Shown one piece after another: positions 1-14,689 of a stretch of DNA of 64,000 bases (position 1 is its first letter; the number at the start of each line of letters is the position of its first letter). The notes under the pieces are model-generated. The model ran no database searches and was not told the origin of the DNA. It saw only the letters and a program-made list of their open reading frames with translations. Source of the DNA: Octopus vulgaris (Eukaryota); assembly GCA_951406725.2 (NCBI GenBank), contig OX597823.1, forward strand, positions 40,300,001 to 40,364,000, written 5' to 3'. The translations under genes and the position numbers were made by a program.

Positions 1-805
1 TGAACGTAAGTCTTTTTAAGAGTAAACATTCTCACTTTCACGGACAAGGCTCCTAATTAGACTGTTAAAAGTTGTCAGAGTTTCTTTAGAGTACTCATTT
101 CTTGGATTTACAGTAACAGACAACAGTAATATCTTTTGATTATCATAAGTAACTCTGTCCACCTTCACACCTTAGATGTATTTCAACTGATGTATTACAA
201 GCTGTTATTTATATCAGTATTTGCATTAGGGCAACTTCCTTGAAAGAATATCATTTTCACGCAGACAATTCCAGTGGGAACTTGTATTTTTCGAAAGTAT
301 TTCTCGTATATAAATTCCTTATTAGTGCAAATATTAAATGTCAAACTGTAAACATCTGATGATTTTGAACAATGAAGTAGTCATCCATACGTCTGATTAA
401 AGGGTGAGTTTAATTTTAGACATTTCAGGGTTATGTCATCAAAATAGTCTGTACAGGTAAGTGTTAGTCATTATCAGCGTTTATTACAAAAATCTCATTG
501 CTATCTCTTCCTATTAATACTGATCTGTCACATCAGTCAATTTAAAGCAAATTGTTTTTAGATACACTGTTAGTCTTACAGTTATATTAATCTTTATATA
601 GCAATAGCCGATATAAATATTGGTTGGTTCATTTCTTCAGTCACGCTTTACATTGTATAGAGAATTGGGAAAGGAGTGAGTATAAGATAAGTGAACAGAG
701 AACTAGCTGAAGAGGTGTTAAATTAGTGTTACAACTTTCTGAAAACTAAACATTTTGAAATTGAAATTCTACAGAGATAGGTTTTCAATGGTGTAGATTT
801 TTATC

Positions 806-980
806 TTCCTTTATATTTTACTTGTTTCAGTCATTAGACTGCGGTCATGCTGGGGCACCATCTTGAAGAAATGAATCGACTCGAGGACTTATTTTTTTAA
901 ACACTGGTACTTATTCTAATGGTCGCTTTTTGCCGAACTGGTAAGTTACGGGGGACATAAACACACCAGCATCGGTTGTC
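806..980 (-). mobile_element. SINE family B, 3' half, degenerate
   Basis: Reverse complement of the family B 3' module (gacaaccgatgctggtgtgttta...cagcatgaccgcagtctaatgactgaaacaagt), seen intact at 16800-16985. Confidence 0.85.
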
Positions 981-1083
981 ACGCGCACACACACACACTC
1001 TCTCTCTCACACATACACACACACATGCACTCTCTCTCTCTCACACATACATACATATATATATATATATATATGTATGTATG

Positions 1084-1655
1084 TCGGCGAGACGGCAATT
1101 CCGTACCCTGACAGCTTGTCTCGAACAGGCAAAGCCGAGTGGTAGCACTGCCAAACCAGGGATTTCTGGTTATTATCCAGATACCCCGGCCTGAAAGTTC
1201 TCCCGAACTGGTTGATCAACTGATTTACATCGAAGCCCAGGGTCTCCCCCAGGACATCGTCTGACATAAATTCCACTAACCCGCTATAGAAATCCGCAGT
1301 GGAACTCCTGTTGCCGGTATTGCTCGTCCGAGAGAGTAGCTGGGAGTGCCGCCAAGCACTCCAATTGCCAATCCTCCAGCCTAGGTCTTCGTTTGATCCA
1401 TGGACCAATATCCATTAAGGATGTCAACTGTGGAAGGTAGAACCTTACGTGCGGTGAGCACACCTGCTCTCCATCCAGGTAAAACCAAAGATGCCTCAAC
1501 CTTAACGCGAATTTTCGCATCTTCAGCCAAGTTAGTGGTTTTTGGCAGCAGATAGAGCGCCTCACAAGTGGCTTTCCTCCCTTCCACAAAAAGGGGAATA
1601 GGATTCTTTCCAACTTGCTCAACCACAAATTGGGGCAACAAACAAGATGAGGACA
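1084..1655 (-). pseudogene. L1/Tx1-type LINE ORF2 fragment (post-RT region to zf-RVT-like), frameshifted
   Basis: Translations LSKLERILFPFLWKGGKPLVRRSICCQ and KSLVWQCYHSALPVRDKL match the typical L1/Tx1 ORF2 C-terminal pattern; a homologous copy lies at 44490-44900. Confidence 0.8.
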
Positions 1656-1699
1656 AATATTCGTTAAATGTAAATAATGTAAATAATGTAATTTATCTC

Positions 1700-2215
1700 T
1701 ACCGAAATATCGGTTGAGATAATTAGAGAAAAATGCTCTCTGGAAGGGAGTGCAGCTTTGGAGCTTAACCAGCGCTTCCCTCAAAAGATTACATACTGAA
1801 AATCTGGGGATCCCATTTGGAGATTTCCAGATGTTCAAGAGGCTGTCGGAGGCGGAGAGCGATGTTAAAATATCGCCTTTCACTGATGCACGGGAAATAA
1901 AAAAAAGAACTGTTATTTTTAAAACATTTTGCCCAAAGGAAAAAATAGCACACATGGACCAGGATAAAACTGAAAAAGGTTTTGCCTCAATTTGAAATAT
2001 CATGTATATCTCAAGAGGGAGAACATTTGGCACAGTAGAAGCCAGGTTTAGGACATCAGAAAAGGCCCACGATCACTCTGTCAGCCCTTTAAAAACAAAT
2101 AAAGTGGTGCTTCTGCTGAATTATATGGGGCGGCGCACGTCCCATGTTAAGGTAACAGAAGTTCCACCGGAAATTGAAGCCGTGTGGGTGATGGCTGCCC
2201 TGTTATTTAACAACA
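1700..2215 (+). pseudogene. probable L1/Tx1 ORF1 (RRM-like) fragment
   Basis: Two in-frame ORFs separated by one stop (1750-1995, 2002-2235); YMGRRTSHVKVTEVPPEIEAVWVMAAL resembles the Tx1 ORF1 V-x-x-VPP motif; adjacent to the ORF2 fragment. Confidence 0.5.
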
Positions 2216-3379
2216 ACACCTGCACCTATTGCTGATAAAATTTAGAAAAAATAATACATATTTACTGCCAGTAATCAAATGAGAAATTAGTTTTATTTAT
2301 TTTTAAGATAATATATATTTTCTTTTGAAAACTACTATACATTTTATTATTTCTACTAGTACCACAAACTTTAATAAACGTAAATCATAATTATTTTACA
2401 TATGCCATATTTTCTGATATTATCTATGGTGGCAAATCTAATTCTCGTAGACGGTTAATACTTCTGTATATAATAAATTTGTTCTCATCTGCGAGAAAGT
2501 TCTGTCTTTCTCTCATCTCTATATACAACTAATTAAAATGAATTGTGAACACACAAATAATGCCAGGGCCCTCTCATTTAACAAGCGGTGAGGGACATGC
2601 TCATGATGCACTCCAAGGACGTATAACATTTCTATCTCATGAGGTAGTTCCATTTAAGAAAATAGAAATATTTACCAGAAATCGATTCATAGAACGGCTG
2701 AACTTAAAAATAAACATTCTGGTTAATTTGACCTCCTGGTTTGTATATCTTTTGCCGGTTATCCATACAAGTGCATGGCAACTTGCTAGTTTCTATAGAC
2801 TATCTGCATTTATCATTAGAAATATGGTCCTTGTACTGTTTTTTTCTTTCTAGTAAATCTAACAACTGAACGCTACAAAGCTTCCATCGATGTTTTTAGC
2901 TTTCGTAGGAAGTCAGTTTCTATTTAAACGAATATTATTTATTCTTTTGTTCCTTTGCAAAAGCGCAACTGGATTCATATTCGATCAGACTACCTTTCAT
3001 TGTTGTTAGAATTGTTGGCTTTTTGGCATTATTTTGTTATCATGCACCAACAGAAAAAATTAAGGCGTTTGATGTAATCGGAACATTTGGTAATCCTTTT
3101 CCTACAGCTACCATAGTTTGGATGAGTCCAATAATTATAAGCATTTTAGAATAGTGAATATTCGTACAAATAGCATAACTTTTCGAAGAGCGCATCTGAT
3201 ATATTATGCTTTTTAACACAATTTGTGCCTCATTCTTCGCCAGATACCATATACACATACGCAAGCGTTTAAGGAAGATTGCAGAAACGTTGGAAGAAAA
3301 AAAAGAAAAACCGTTGCAAGTTTAATTCCAGTCCGAACATTTCAGAGCATAAATAAAGCAGTTAGTTCCTGACTACGGA

Positions 3380-3609
3380 AGGCGGCGAGCTGGCAGAAAC
3401 GTTAGCACGCCGGGTAAAATGCTTAGCAGTATTTCGTCTGCCGCTACGTTCTGAGTTCAAATTCCGCCGAGGTCGAATCTGCCTTTCATCCTTTCGGAGT
3501 CGATTAAATAAGTACCAGTTACGCACTGGGGTCGATATAATCGACTTAATCCGGTTGTCTGTCCTTGTTTGTCCCTTCTGTGTTTAGCCCCTTTTGGGTA
3601 GTAAAGAAA
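3380..3609 (+). mobile_element. SINE family A (tRNA head plus Meta/MESC-like domain), full length, 17-bp TSD
   Basis: B-box gagttcaaattcc; central gcctttcatcctttcggagtcgattaaataagtaccag resembles the MetaSINE core; perfect TSD tagttcctgactacgga at 3363-3379 and 3610-3626. Confidence 0.92.
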
Positions 3610-4635
3610 TAGTTCCTGACTACGGACGCAAACCTGTTCCAAATTTAATATTTTCCTCAACCAAAATAATGATACTGACACCTCGAAAAGTGATTTTATG
3701 AGATTAAATAATCAGAAATTTATAACTTTAAGTATATAATGACGAGTAAGTAGTGCTATATTTGTGCATCAAAATCTTGATATCATCGTGAGTATGAAAA
3801 CGCCTCTATAGAATATATATTTCAAGAAAGCAGAGTGAGGTTTCCTTGTGCTTTTAAATAACTGAGTCAGAGGAAAAGAGTATTTTATTCAGAAGGTTTG
3901 CAACCTTCTTATTTGAATTACTCAGCCATATTAAATTAAATCATGACTCTTAGACGATTAACGATTCTTCATTACATCAAGCAGCAAGTTGTTTTTTCTT
4001 CCGCCACAGCGTTTTAAGATGAATCACTCTTTTACTTTGTTTTGTGTTGTATATATTTTTTAAAAAATCCAAAATGTTTGTACATTATAACTAACTAATG
4101 AATAATACATTATTGCTGTATTTAACTGATTTACCGAGCTAACATTCTTCTTCTGTAAGATATATAAAAATGTGTAAAGTTCTTTGTTTGCTCTTGAGTG
4201 ATATCATCCTCCCCAAAGAAAAGATATATTTCACGAAGTGGCTCAATTAAATAAAGTTATATTATGAAAACCTTACGAATAGATAAATAGAATTTCCGTA
4301 ATTCTCTGATAGTTTTCAGTCTAGCAAGATTTCAATAAATCGCAAATAAAAGCAAAAAGCTGAAAGAATAAGCTAAGAGAGTAATATCGCTTATCCTCGG
4401 GCATTAATGAGAATCTAAAGAAAGACTTTTTTTTTTCTTCCCAGAGAATGACCAGATATTTACTCTTCAGAAAGCCATAAAAAGCGAGATATTCTTGCAG
4501 AAAGTACATCATGAAGAAGCATAGGATTGCAAAGCACGAATAAGAATGAGACAAGAGAAAGGTTACATCGTCAACACAATGAGGGGACACAATGAGAGTT
4601 CAAGTCGATGAAAAGGAGGCCAAATAATACGAGAA

Positions 4636-4705
4636 TAATGATGATGATGATGAAGATAACGATGATGATGATGATGATAATGGTGATGATGATGATGATG
4701 ATGAG

Positions 4706-4748
<43 letters not shown>

Positions 4749-4876
4749 GAAGAAGTAGAATAAGATGGAGGGAGAGAAGAGAGAGGCAAAAAGGAAGAAT
4801 AAGAAGAGCAGGAAGAGAATGAAAAATAGAACTAGAAAAAGATAAGAGATGAAGAAAAAACAGGAAAAAGAATAGG

Positions 4877-4971
<95 letters not shown>

Positions 4972-4999
4972 ATAGTAGTAGTAGTAGTAGTAGTAGTAA

Positions 5000-5051
<52 letters not shown>

Positions 5052-5340
5052 GGTAGTAGTAGTAGTACTAGAGTAGAAGAAGGGGAAGGAGAAGAAGAAG
5101 GCACTGGTTTTGCTGCTGATGGTGGTAATAATGCTGACAAAGGTGTCCGTGTTGATAGTGATGATGAGGAAGTGGATGATGAACCAAGAGAGAGGAGACA
5201 GAGTAGATGGTCATGGTGGAGGTATTGGTAGTGACGTTAGTGATGATGGCGATGACGACGAGGGGGAATGACGGAACAATCACCACCACCACCACCACCA
5301 CCACCACCACTATAACAACAACAACAACAACAAGTAATAA
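4636..5340. repeat. compound trinucleotide microsatellites (GAT, AAT, ATT, TAG, CAC)n
   Basis: Direct inspection. Confidence 0.95.
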
Positions 5341-5422
5341 ACACATGATAAAACGAGGTTTTTCAGGTCTTCCATAGTAATGACTGAATCTAATTTTTAT
5401 CGTATTATCTAATGCATATATA

Positions 5423-5635
5423 AGGCGGCGAGCTGGCAGAATCGCTATTACGCTGGACGAAATACTTAGCAGTATTCCGCTCGTCGCTACGTTCTGAGTT
5501 CAACTTCTGCCAAGGTCGACTTTGTCTTTCATCCTTTCGGGGATCGATAAAATAAGTACCAGTTAAACACTGGGGTCGATGTAATCGGCTCATCCCTACC
5601 TCCCCCAAGCTGCCCCATTGGCAAAAATTTGAAAT
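5423..5635 (+). mobile_element. SINE family A, alternative short 3' tail
   Basis: Head ggcggcgagctggcagaatcg and Meta-like core; tail ...ggcaaaaatttgaaa differs from the 3380 copy. Confidence 0.88.
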
Positions 5636-5667
5636 AATTATTCAATGCACACACACACACACACACT

Positions 5668-5698
<31 letters not shown>

Positions 5699-5860
5699 AC
5701 ACACAAACACACATAGATATGTATGTATATGTATGTATAGACACGCACATATAAGTGTATGTGCATGTGCATATTTGAATATGTGTACATACTATTATTT
5801 ATCTGTTGTACATATATACATACGTATAAGTATATATGTACAACACATATGTGAATACAT

Positions 5861-5948
<88 letters not shown>

Positions 5949-6237
5949 TCACACACACACTAAAGTTCAGCTTATCACCAACAGAATTCCATAAAAGGCA
6001 TGACCATACAATACAATGATAGAATGATAATAATGTTATCAAAAGATGTGGAAGATATATTTATATATGTACGTATGTATTGCGGTTTTCCTCTTTATCT
6101 CACGTGTTGCTGTATTATCAATGAAGAGAACAAGTGAATATCATGAAAGGGCTCGGAATCGCAGCTTCCGGGTATGAAAGACTAACATAAAGTTAAGCGT
6201 CTGCATTAATACAGATCATCAAAGCCATTCGCAGTAG

Positions 6238-6730
<493 letters not shown>

Positions 6731-8327
6731 TGATAGCTTCTACAGAATGTTTAGAATGTTTGTCACTTAGGGACAGGAAAGATTAGCAAGGAGGGTTTTA
6801 AGCATTTGAAAGACTATTGAATGCTTGTGGATAACTAAAGTTACAGGTACTAACCCGCTATCCACATAAATTCTACCATGAATAAGAACGAAACTGAGTC
6901 AAATCAATCACAATTTTGGCCCAAGATCAGCAATTTCGCAGTAAGTTGACCACAGCGTGCTCAAGACACTTAATTCAATAGCATAGCCCATGATTCAAAA
7001 GAACAGTTCAAATAGAACAATCTTCATATACAACACACACTCTATACAACAAACATCTAATAATCTAAAACAGCCGAGCCCGTAGCACCACATGTACAAG
7101 AAACTGAACCCCATAACAAAGTAAGATGGTGTTCTGCTCCAACAGGAGTAGTCAACACTCGTCGAATCCCGACAAAAAAGATAAAACACAAAGCTGTAAT
7201 CATTTCAGTATCGTTCTTTGCCTGCCATACCACTAGCCATAAATAGTTATAAAGGGATGGCCAAAAGTCAGAAAACATAAGAAATGCTGTTAGCACAGCA
7301 ACTGAAGCCAGCAGACCCAACATGCAGATCACAATATGCAGTCAAATTTCGTGCCTTTTGTCCCACACCTTACGTATTATATTGTGACCTCTATATTTCA
7401 AAATATTATATCGATTATTGCTTTTGTTTCTCTAAAGTTGATAACATTTCCAACACAAATATTAATTTTGTGGCTAAGGAAGATGAAAATAGTTCCTTAC
7501 AAAAAGATTTAAAGTATTTTACAATGAAATAAAAATTCTAGAGTTATGTACCCCTAATATTAGAACATGGGAAATTATCCAATTCTAATACTTCTTACAA
7601 TTTAATACATTGGAATTATTACATCGTAGTTAAAAATATTGGTGTTATCATATCAGTTAAAAAATTAGGGGTTATATTATTAAAGTAAACTTTGCTGTAA
7701 TAAATTTTGTGACGCTGTTCTCATTAAAATCATTAAGTTGGTGTTAACATATCTAATAACAAAAGAATATCTCTAGCTAACGTTTTAGGATTCCAAACTG
7801 ATTATTACGTAATACGTGATATGCAAATCAGTCTAATCATTTCACTTAACTTCAAGATTGTATCTGATTTAAATAGCGATTTGGAAACAGTGCGGGGTGC
7901 TCATCTTCTGAGAGTGGCTAACTACCTTCGAAACATGTCACGATTATATGCTCATTTTTCTGTGTGCGAAGAGGATATGTAATTAGATTTGTGTACTGTC
8001 CACAGCGTAAGAGTTGTATTAAATTCATATTATGCATTCTAACGCGTCATTTGTGCATCAAATATTTATTAGATATATTAAACGAGTGCGTGAACAACCG
8101 AATGGAAGTAGCACTCAACACATATAGTGGGGGTTTTATTCATTGAGTAACAGGTCACAATAGGTCTTCATATTACTTAGAAATTCGAGGATGTGAAAAC
8201 ACGACCGTCTTCTGAAACACTTGTTAACTCTTCTTCCAGATATGTGAGGAGATGGTTTTCACGTGCACAAAACTTCAAATAATATTAGAAGCTAAGTCAA
8301 TCTGTTCATCAATAATTAGACATGGTT

Positions 8328-8535
8328 AAGGTGGTGAACAGGCAGAATTCTTAACATACCGGACAAAATTCTTAACAGCATTTCGGTCGTCTTTACGTTT
8401 TGAGTTCAATTTCCGCAGAGGTCAACTTTGACTTTTATCCTTCGGGATCGATAAAATGAGTACCACTTGAATACTGGGGTATTCGACTTATTCCCATCCT
8501 CGAACTTGCAGGTCTTGTACCAAAATTTGAAACCA
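8328..8535 (+). mobile_element. SINE family A, degenerate, short-tail type
   Basis: aaggtggtgaacaggcagaattc...gagttcaatttccgcagaggtcaactttg...caaaatttgaaacc. Confidence 0.85.
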
Positions 8536-9053
8536 TAATATTTACAATAATTCTGTTTAGCCATGCTAAATTCTGTAAATTTACTTTGGTAAGTAGGTAC
8601 AAGACTAAGTTTTGCAGTTGAGATTATAGTAAGACTGAACCATGTCCAGAATATTATACCATGTACGTTGTAAAATATCCATGGTGATATGACATTGTCT
8701 AATATTTTTTACTACAGTTAAAATGATTCAGGTGTAAATTACGTTAACTATAACACATATAGTTACCCCCATAAATTGTACAGGCTTCATTTGATTGCTT
8801 CCATCATGTTGCCAGGGTTATTTTTTATAATAAACATGAGTGGAATAGGAAACAAACTCAATTAAACATTATTGTTTAAGAAAAAATGTTTGGTATAATA
8901 TAGAATAACACACCTTATCGAAAACTTCAAATCAAATTGTATGCACATAACGTTATTAAACTAAATTATTTCTAAAATATATGTTGTGCAAGCTAAACAA
9001 GAACGCGCAGTTAACAACAGACATACACCAACATATGTATGTATATACACACG

Positions 9054-9132
<79 letters not shown>

Positions 9133-9276
9133 GAAAATACTTAGGTGCATGCGTGTGCAAACAAGAACAAATGTATAAAGAAAATGTCAAAGTCAATGCA
9201 AACTCCTTAAATGTTTTTTTTTAGGATTTCTGATAAAGTTGATTGTGTGTAACATCAGTGTATAGTAGAGTTATAT

Positions 9277-9564
9277 CAGAACGTAAAGACAGACGAAAAA
9301 CCACTAAGCATTTCGGCGTGCTAACGTTTCTTATTTCTTTATTGCCCACAAGGGCCTAAACATAAAGGGGACAAACAAGGACAGACAAAGGGGTTAAGTC
9401 GATTACATCGACCCCAGTGCGTAACTGGTGTTTAATTTATCGACCCCGAGAGGATGAAAGGCTAAGTCGACCTCGGCGGAATTTGAACTCAGAACGTAAA
9501 GACAGACGAAAAACCACTAAGCATATCGCCCCGCGTGCTAACGTTTCTGCCAGCTCGCCGCCTT
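9277..9564 (-). mobile_element. SINE family A (9331-9564) with adjacent partial duplicate of its head (9277-9330)
   Basis: Reverse complement of the 3380 copy; cagaacgtaaagacagacgaaaaaccactaagcat occurs at both 9277 and 9490. Confidence 0.9.
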
Positions 9565-9639
9565 CGTTGAAACTAATATTAAAGAATATTATTTTATAAT
9601 CAATACGAACAAATCTTGTGATATCGATATAAAATTCTT

Positions 9640-10380
9640 TCTCATTTTGGCATTAGGTCAGCACATTTGAGGGGAAGGGAAAATCGATTACATTGACATC
9701 AGTGCTCAAACGGTATTTTCTTTATCCATCTCGGAAGGTTGAAAGGCAAAGTCAACCTCGGTGGCATTTGCCCTTAAGATATAAAGCCGGAAGAAATGCC
9801 ACCAAGCTGTTTGTTTGGCATACTAATTATTCAGCCCTATCCGGCACACTATAATGGTTTCAAATTTTGGCACGCAGTCAGTAGATTTCTTAGTGTAGTG
9901 AAGTCGATTACGTCAACCCTAGAGCTCAACTGGTACGTATTTTATTGATCCCGATTGAATGAAAGGCGAAGTCAATCTTGGCGGACTATAAAAAAATAAT
10001 TACTTTCTAATTTTGATACAAGGCCAGCTAATTGGAAGGGAGGGGAAAATCGACTACAATCCCCGACCCCAAAAGGATGAAAGGCAAATTCGGTGTCGGT
10101 GGTATCTGAACGCAGAACGTAAAGAGCTGGAAGAACGTAAAGAGCTGCTAAGCATTTTGTCCGGCATGGTAACGATCTGCCTGCTCACCACCTCAAAAAT
10201 AACATATAATATTGCTTTCGAAATTTGGCACAAGGTCAGCAAATCCGAGGAAGGGCGTAATTCGAATTCATGGACCCCCAAAAGGATGAAAGGCAAAACT
10301 TACCTCGCCAGAATTTGATCTCGGAAACGGCTCAAAATGCTACTAAGATGTTTGCACGAAGTGCTGACGATTTTGTCGTC
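9640..10380 (-). mobile_element. head-to-tail cluster of about 4 degenerate family A SINEs
   Basis: Motif gatgaaaggcaaagtcaacctcgg-like recurs near 9740, 9960, 10075 and 10285. Confidence 0.8.
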
Positions 10381-10419
10381 ATCAGAAACATCATATAACA
10401 TTAGACAATCTAACAACTG

Positions 10420-10800
10420 GCTTCATTTTTCTGAGGTTCAGTAAGTGTTGTCATTTTAAAATATATAAGGACGGACTTTCTGAGAAGAAAAAAAAAGATA
10501 GAAAATAGGGGTTAATGTAAGGTTTCAGGGAGTTGTTTGATGCAATATAGCTGAAAAGAACAAGGAATACGACCTGGTTTAAATGGGATAGTGAAACACG
10601 CTGTTCTGAGGGACAGCAGCTATTACAGTAGTGGTAGAACAGGCAGAGTGAAATAACACTCATGCCTGTTGGAGTGCATTGGAGAATCATAATGTTTAAT
10701 AAGTTAGGTGGAGGTATACCAGATGCAGTCTATAAGGTATCCACTTGTGCCGCATCGCATATGTGCGTGTGCTCACAATCACATGGGCAACATTCGTCTA
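10420..10800 (-). pseudogene. CR1/Jockey-group LINE ORF2 3' fragment, highly decayed
   Basis: SVISLCLFYHYCNSCCPSE resembles the RR.V.SL.LFY.YY.G.CS.EL motif near the end of CR1-like ORF2. Confidence 0.55.
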
Positions 10801-10931
10801 TTTCTTGAAAATGGGGTAGTAACTCCGAAATACTGAATACAAGGTAGTCTACATTAATTCACATATTTGTATTCTTGTGATTTACCTTGCATTTACTTCG
10901 CATTGTTTTGGCCTTACCCACGATCCTTTAT

Positions 10932-10999
<68 letters not shown>

Positions 11000-11104
11000 A
11001 GTGTATATATATGTAAGTGTGTGTGTGTGTGTGTGCGTATATATATATATATGTAAGTGTGTGTGTGTGTGTGTGCGTATATATATATATATATATATAT
11101 ATAT

Positions 11105-11750
11105 TACATGTTTCCACTTTTATCGCATTCAAATAACCTCCATTTGAAGCAACGTATCGGCCCGGACGCGTTTTTCACTGTTCGAAACAGTGCTAGAACT
11201 CTTGCGAAAGTATTTTTCTTCACCTCTTCCACATCTACATATTCCGGAGTACCAGTTTTCCAGGACGCACCAGTCATATCAAGTTCGTCAATTGTTCGGT
11301 AACAGTCCTCCAAGATCATTTCATGAATTTTCATGATGTTTTCATTCGTTCGGGTGGTGGACGGTTCTCCTGAACGAGGTTGGTCTTAAAGCGACAAGTG
11401 ACCATCCCTAAAGCATGTAAACCACTCGTAAATATGTGTTTTGTTCATGGCAGTGTCCTTGTAAACTTTTTGAAGCATGACAGTTGTTTCGACCGCCGTT
11501 TTTCCCAGTAGAAAACAGAATTTCATGGAAACACGCTGCTCCTTGGTTTCAGCCATCACAAAAATTGACGAACAGCGGAAAAGCACTGTAAAACATAGGC
11601 ATACCACGTGGTTGTACGACTTCAGAGGATGACGCCGGTTGGAAAATGAATGCCTGAAGGTCGTATCAACTGGCTTCCAGTGGCAGAAGCCTGAATTACA
11701 AAGGTCTCGTACCACAGAGAAGACTTCCATTTACTTTTGGGTATGTCCAT
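11105..11750 (-). mobile_element. mariner transposon remnant, internally deleted
   Basis: ATG at 11556: MAETKEQRVSMKFCFLLGKTAVETTVMLQKVYKDTAMNKTHIYEWFTCFRDG then DQPRSG (mariner HTH), joined to a C-terminal remnant; TIR-like tacccaaaagtaa near 11733-11746; DDD domain absent. Confidence 0.88.
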
Positions 11751-11789
11751 ACAGACACAAACATAGACGCATATATATATATGTATATT

Positions 11790-12040
11790 TTATGCGCCCT
11801 TTTAAAGCCTAGCCAGGCTCATGGGCCCGGGTTCCAGGTTTCTATGGCGCATGTATTCCCCGGCGGGATGGGACGCCAGTCCATCGCAGTGTTACTCATT
11901 TTTGCCAGCTGAGTGGACTGGAGCAACGTGAAATGAAGTGTTTTGCTCAAGAACACAACGCGTCGCCCGGTCCAGGAATCGAAACCACAATCTTACGATC
12001 ATGGTGCTGACACCCTAACCACTAAGGCACGCGCCTCCAC
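11790..12040 (-). mobile_element. SINE family C (tRNA head plus CORE-like domain) with V-domain-like 3' module
   Basis: Minus strand: cttagtggttaggg...ggtttcgattcc...ttgtgttcttgagcaaaacactt, then gcgatggactggcgtcccatcc (V-SINE-like). Confidence 0.85.
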
Positions 12041-12067
12041 ACACACACACACACACACATATGTATA

Positions 12068-12126
<59 letters not shown>

Positions 12127-12885
12127 ATGTGGTGTGTGTGTGTATACTATGTGTGTGTGTGTATTGTTGTTGTGTGTGTGTATATATGTGTGTGACAAAC
12201 AGACGCTGTCTGACCAGCAGGCACACGGACACATCTATTCACACCCGCATACTCACCTCCCAATAACCCCAAAGTCACTGATGCTTGAAGGGGAAGTATA
12301 AACCAAATTGGGTACATATCTTTTTTTCTCTCAATTCAACTTTTCTGCTAAAACAAACAGGTCAGTAAAAAACAAATTCTCGCCTTCGATTCAAAATATT
12401 CTGAGATGTCTAAAATATCCATTTTAATTTTCTCTGTCAATATTACAAGCTTTCTCACCAAACTATTACACTTCCTTATGTCTTTAACATGTCATTTCTA
12501 CCAAAGACTGTATATATATACATGTAATGTGACAATTTGCGACAACCAATAATTAACGCAACCAAATTTCCAATAATATATTTGTTTTATTCTTTTCTGC
12601 CAATTTTTCCAAATATTCTCATCACACTATTGAACTTTTTTATACTATATTTATACATGTAATGTGACAATTATGTATAAAAAAACATTTTGAATTCATA
12701 ATATTCAATGTGACAATTATGTAAAAAACTTTTTTGAACCCATAATATTCAATGTTACTTTTGACAATCTTTTTAACAAAGAGTGAAACCGGTTAAGTAA
12801 ATAAACATCGTTTAAATTGCATTTTCAAACCTTTTTTCATATATAATCCCACTCGTGCGATACCCCACAACTCAACTTTTTTATA

Positions 12886-12930
<45 letters not shown>

Positions 12931-12932
<2 letters not shown>

Positions 12933-13236
12933 GACTGACCATGGGATTGCACCTAGAAAGTTACCCTACCAGGCACAAGTCCGGGCAAGGTTGTTTATGG
13001 AAGACCAGCAGTCGCCCATGCATAGCGGCCTACCCTCTCTACGTCACCAGTGTTATCCAAGGGAAAGGCAACGGCTGATACAGCTTGGCACTTGTGACGT
13101 CGCAAGACATATCTACAGCTGAGTGAACTGGAGCAACGTGAAATAAAGTGTCTTGCTAAAGAACACAACACTCAGCCCGGTCCAGGATTCGAACTCACAA
13201 CCGCACGATCGTAAGCTCGACGATCTAACCACTGAG
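12931..13236 (-). mobile_element. SINE family C with a second, different 3' module
   Basis: Shares cagctgagtgaactggagcaacgtgaaataaagtgtcttgct with the 11790 and 32376 copies, but 12931-13110 is unrelated to their tails. Confidence 0.85.
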
Positions 13237-14131
13237 TATATATATGTATACTCATAAGTAAGCGGAACCAAAATTGAAAGAAATTCAAAACTTAAAATTA
13301 AGACGCCCACGCGAGCATTCGCATGCTGCTAAAGAAGACAATGTTTAAAATATTTTAAGATCCATACTGTCTTTAAAACTTAACTTTCATAATATTACAT
13401 CAGCCATAAATGGGTAGAAAATATAAAACAGAAAACTATTTCCAGTAAAATTATCGACTAAATAGATTGGTATTTAAAGCGGATGATTAATACTTTAGCT
13501 TATTGTTTATGAAATTGATATTCTTTAATTCAATTTTAACCCAAAGCCTAGCAGGAAGACGGCATTTAGGTTATAGTAGGTGCAAAACGGCGTATGTTTT
13601 ATGAATCTCTATTAAATCGATATTCTTTATATTTAAACTCAAAACTTAGCTGGAAGATGATGTATTTTCAGGGTACATCACGTTCAACGTCGGGTATATA
13701 ATATCAATGTTTATGAATTCATAATTAAATGAATATACAAAAATTATATAATTAAGTAAGTATATAACCTAAATTCAGAATTGATTCACTTTTCGATGCA
13801 TCATGAATTAAGTAATCACACACACACACACACAGACACGCTGCCGCATAAACATATATGCGTGCATATATACATATACATACCGATATGTATGTTGTTA
13901 TGTGCGTGTTTGTGTGTGTGCGTGTCTATGTGTCTATACATATACTTCGATGAACATAGATTTACATACATATATGCACACACGAATTCACAGACACACA
14001 AACACTTATTATATATAGAGAGATATCTATATATATATAAATTTATATGTGTGTGTGTGTACTATATTTACACATTCGCATAAGTGTGTGTATACCCTCA
14101 TACATATATATATATATGTATATATATATAA

Positions 14132-14176
<45 letters not shown>

Positions 14177-14293
14177 GTGAATTGATTAATCTGCTACAAG
14201 ATTATTCATCTTTCTATTTCACATAATATATATATATATATATATACATATATAAGCATATGTATACATCTTATACACACGCATATATATATA

Positions 14294-14689
14294 CGAGCAG
14301 TATCGCCCGGCGTTGCTCGGGTTTGTAAGGGAAATAACTATATAAGCATTTATAGAGATGTAAAGTATAATAGCCATCTCAATATGGCTAACCACAAAGG
14401 GGGGGGGTGTTACTGTAGCTTTTTACTTTCTGAGATTTAATAATAAATTTTTAGAGAGTTACTTCCCTTATATATGCCAAAAATGCATTAAAAATGGGAA
14501 AATTGATGGTAAATTGTTTTTAAAATCGTAGACTCATCGTAGACGCGCGCTAATACCCAGAAGGGCTCGATATGTATCACGACTATAAGATACCCGGTTT
14601 TGGTTCAACTGCACCGCAAAATGTGGGAGTAGTTAGGAATCTAAATCGTACGAGACAGACAGCACACAACCTCTCTTTTATATATAAAG

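Noticed and set aside
1284-2033. 249-aa ORF as a real gene
   Set aside because: Chimeric: only the C-terminal half is LINE ORF2; the N-terminal half is antisense to the ORF1-like fragment.
6760-7350. Possible decayed LINE or exon
   Set aside because: No recognisable motif in any frame.
12023-12033. taaggcacgcg, identical to the first 11 nt of miR-124
   Set aside because: Part of the SINE C head; other copies read taagccacgcg; no hairpin precursor.
12515-12760. CRISPR-like or regular repeat array (aatgtgacaatt x3)
   Set aside because: Irregular spacing, spacers partly duplicated, eukaryotic context and no cas genes.
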